From an uncultured bacterium (lineage in GTDB: Bacteria; Fidelibacterota; Marinisomatia; Marinisomatales; UBA1611): a stretch of DNA of 64,000 bases. The stretch spans positions 320,001-384,000 of the forward strand of contig CBFIBM010000001.1 of the NCBI GenBank assembly GCA_965660855.1. Reading direction: 5' to 3'. Shown piece after piece: positions 61,259 through 64,000 of the stretch (position 1 is its first letter; the number at the start of each line of letters is the position of its first letter). A model generated the notes under the pieces. It worked only from the letters and a program-made list of their open reading frames with translations, was not told where the DNA came from and searched no databases. The translations under genes and the position numbers were made by a program.

Positions 61259-62251
61259 ATGTCAATTCAGGAACAACTCGATTCGGTCAGGAATGATTTT
61301 CTGACCGATATCGAATCCTTTTCCAAAAACCCCAAGGAAGTTAGTGAACTTAAATTTAAATACTTAGGCCGCAAAGGAAAGGTAGCTTCTTTATTCTCCC
61401 TGATAGGTAAGGCTAGTCACATTGAGAGACCATTGCTTGGACAAAAATTAAATGCACTTAAGAAAGAATTATCTAGTGTAATCGAAGAAAAAGAACTGTC
61501 TTTTGCGAATAGCAATAACTCTGTAAATGTATCAAAAAGAGATTTTACTCTACCTGGTCGTATACAACCTAGTGGTTCTCTACATATACTTGAACAAACT
61601 TTATCCGAAATAAAAGAGATCTTTAAAAGTATAGGATTTCATATTGCATATGGTCAAGAAGTAGACGATGAGTACCATAATTTTACAGCCTTAAATGTTC
61701 CTGAACATCATCCATCAAGAGATATGCAAGATACGTTTTTTATTAACCCTGAGATTGTTTTAAGGTCTCATACTTCAAATGTCCAAATACACTTAATGGA
61801 ATCATTGGATCCTCCAATTAAATTTATTGTACCGGGACGTGTATATCGAAATGAATCAATAAGTTATAAAAGCTATTGTCTATTTCATCAAGTAGAAGGT
61901 ATTTATATTAATAATAAAGTCTCATTTTCAGAATTAAAAGGATGTTTGGAATATTTTATAAAACAAATGTTTGGTTCAAATAAAAAAATGCGATTCAGAC
62001 CATCTTTTTTCCCTTTTACTGAGCCTAGTGGGGAGGTTGATATATGGGATGATGAAAGAAAACAATGGATGGAGATACTTGGTTGTGGAATGGTTGATCC
62101 TAATGTACTTGAAAATGTTGGATATGATTCTAAGAAATGGAAAGGTTATGCATTTGGTATGGGAGTTGAGAGAATTGCAATGCTAAAATATAAAATTGAT
62201 GACATTAGGTTATTTTATAATGGTGACATAAGATTTTTGGAACAATTTTGA
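61259..62251 (+). CDS. pheS: Phenylalanine--tRNA ligase alpha subunit
   Basis: HPSRDMQDTF, FHQVEG, FRPSFFPFTEPS, AFGMGVERIAM. Confidence 0.97.
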   Translation: MSIQEQLDSVRNDFLTDIESFSKNPKEVSELKFKYLGRKGKVASLFSLIGKASHIERPLLGQKLNALKKELSSVIEEKELSFANSNNSVNVSKRDFTLPGRIQPSGSLHILEQTLSEIKEIFKSIGFHIAYGQEVDDEYHNFTALNVPEHHPSRDMQDTFFINPEIVLRSHTSNVQIHLMESLDPPIKFIVPGRVYRNESISYKSYCLFHQVEGIYINNKVSFSELKGCLEYFIKQMFGSNKKMRFRPSFFPFTEPSGEVDIWDDERKQWMEILGCGMVDPNVLENVGYDSKKWKGYAFGMGVERIAMLKYKIDDIRLFYNGDIRFLEQF

Positions 62252-64000
62252 TGATTGTATCCATAGATTGGTTAAAAGAATTTGTTAATGTAGATGATAA
62301 TGTAGAAGATATCTCTGAAGTATTATCAAATCTAGGACTTGAAGCAGAAATTTCTTCGGTTCCACTAAATTATCCTGGTGTAAAAGTTGGTTATGTAGAG
62401 AAAACTGTGAAGCATCCTAATGCTGATAAACTACAAGTTTGTGATATTAATGATGGAAATTCAATTAATAAAGTTATTTGTGGTGCACCTAATGTTAAAG
62501 CTGGACAAAATATCGCTTTTGCAACTGTAGGTACTACTTTGCCTGGGAATTTTAAAATTAAAAAAGCTAATATTAGAGGAATAAATTCATATGGCATGAT
62601 TTGCTCTGAGAGGGAATTAAATCTTTCAGATGAACATGAGGGCATAATGATATTGCCCGAAAATTTAACTGTAGGGGATGATTTTAGTTCTGCATATGGT
62701 TATAAATTTATTTCTGTTGCAATTGATATTACTCCTAATAGGTCAGATGCATTTTCTTATCTAGGTGTAGCCAGAGATATTGCTACTTATAAAAATAAAC
62801 CACTAAAGAAAATAAAAGTCAATAAAAGAAAACCCTATTCCAATAGAAGTGTGCAAATATCTATTGAAGATTTAACTGATTGCCCTAGATACATAGCTGG
62901 AGTTATTAATAACATAAAAGTTAAAAGTAGCCCCGAATGGATTATTGAAAGATTAAAAGCCTCAGGTTTAAGAAGTATAAATAATATTGTTGATATTTCA
63001 AATCTGGTAATGTTGGAGATGGGACATCCCTCCCATATATTTGATTATGAATCATTACATACTAATAAAATCCATATTAGAAGGTCTAAAAATGGAGAAA
63101 CTTTTAAAACTTTAGATGATAAAATACATAATTTAAAAAAAGAAAATTTATTAATTACTGATGGTGAAAAACCTATTGCTCTAGCCGGGTTAATGGGTGG
63201 TGCGAATTCATCAATTAGTTCCAAAACTAAATCTGTATTAGTTGAATGTGCATATTTTAACCCGATTACGATTAGGAAGAGTTCAAAAGTTTTAGGATTA
63301 TCCACAGATGCATCAAAAAGGTTTGAGCGGGGAGCAGATCCAAATAGTTGCGAATATGCATTTTGGAGGATTGTAAATCTTATTGAAATTTACGCGAGTG
63401 GTACTTTAGAATCAGAAATGATTGATAACTACCCTGAAATTATTGAGAAAAAAATTATTAATTTAGATGTTGAAGAGATTGAAAATGTTTTAGGAGTTAA
63501 AATTCCTATTTCCAAAATAGAAAGTATTTTAATTGGACTAGAAATTGAACTTAAAAAGAATAAGGGTGGGTATATTTGTACTGTACCTACTTTTAGGCCT
63601 GATTTGACTCGACAAATTGATATTATTGAGGAAGTAGCGAGGGTTTATGGTTATGATTCCATACCGATAAAAAATTCAATAAACGGGAATTTCAGATTTT
63701 CAAATCCTGATCCTGAAAAAAATTATGACCTTTTACGAACTTATTGCTCTGGATTGGGCTTTAATCAGATATATTCAAACTCACTTCAAAATAAAACTGA
63801 ATCCAGCAGATCTGGAATTAACCCAGTAAAAATGATGAATCCACTAAATAAAGAAATGGGCTATTTAAGGACTGAATTAATTACAGGTTTAATAAAGGCT
63901 TCAACTTTTAATATAAATCATGGTGCTTCAAATTTTAAATTATTTGAATTGTCAAATGTTCATGAACAGAAAGGAGAAAAATTAAATGCTATTATTGAAT
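62251..64000 (+). CDS. pheT: Phenylalanine--tRNA ligase beta subunit (3' end outside window)
   Basis: ATG overlapping pheS stop; MIVSIDWLKEF, HPNADKLQVC, ICGAPNV, ITPNRSD, STDASKRFERG, PTFRPDL. Confidence 0.95.
   Translation, partial: MIVSIDWLKEFVNVDDNVEDISEVLSNLGLEAEISSVPLNYPGVKVGYVEKTVKHPNADKLQVCDINDGNSINKVICGAPNVKAGQNIAFATVGTTLPGNFKIKKANIRGINSYGMICSERELNLSDEHEGIMILPENLTVGDDFSSAYGYKFISVAIDITPNRSDAFSYLGVARDIATYKNKPLKKIKVNKRKPYSNRSVQISIEDLTDCPRYIAGVINNIKVKSSPEWIIERLKASGLRSINNIVDISNLVMLEMGHPSHIFDYESLHTNKIHIRRSKNGETFKTLDDKIHNLKKENLLITDGEKPIALAGLMGGANSSISSKTKSVLVECAYFNPITIRKSSKVLGLSTDASKRFERGADPNSCEYAFWRIVNLIEIYASGTLESEMIDNYPEIIEKKIINLDVEEIENVLGVKIPISKIESILIGLEIELKKNKGGYICTVPTFRPDLTRQIDIIEEVARVYGYDSIPIKNSINGNFRFSNPDPEKNYDLLRTYCSGLGFNQIYSNSLQNKTESSRSGINPVKMMNPLNKEMGYLRTELITGLIKASTFNINHGASNFKLFELSNVHEQKGEKLNAIIE

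Overview
An AT-rich (roughly 30% GC by eye), densely packed bacterial chromosome segment using standard code 11; many ordinary genes end in TGA. Gene content suggests a streamlined marine FCB-group bacterium, plausibly Marinimicrobia/SAR406. This is inference from the many secreted proteins with 'YPNPFNP' C-terminal domains, grpE-dnaJ without dnaK, and an Omp28-like protein. Layout: (i) 1-16.9 kb core genes (Omp85-type protein, bamD, nadD, ftsEX, grpE-dnaJ, rsmD-coaD, icd, obgE, tRNA-Ser); (ii) about 17-50 kb accessory-looking region (two class III cyclases, yceI/pirin/rhodanese, CTD-bearing secreted proteins, nuclease/dinB cluster); (iii) 50-64 kb lysine/ornithine catabolism, rsmI-tmk-S41 protease, tRNA-Val, thrS-infC-rpmI-rplT-pheS-pheT. 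The most notable signal is missed by the ORF track. ORFs 35608..35802 and 35866..36828 are one in-frame gene interrupted by TGA at the first-Cys position of a thioredoxin-fold motif (FGHFY-U-GTC), followed by a SECIS-like hairpin. This predicts a secreted UxxC selenoprotein fused to a lamin-tail domain and a C-terminal sorting domain. Other highlights: a dockerin/cohesin-like pair around a PNGase F-like enzyme, a deletion scar fusing hxlR and yceI remnants, an ATA-initiated infC, and a GC-rich patch over rpmI-rplT. No CRISPR array, integrase, transposase or rRNA was seen. All family calls come from motif recognition by eye, not from database searches.
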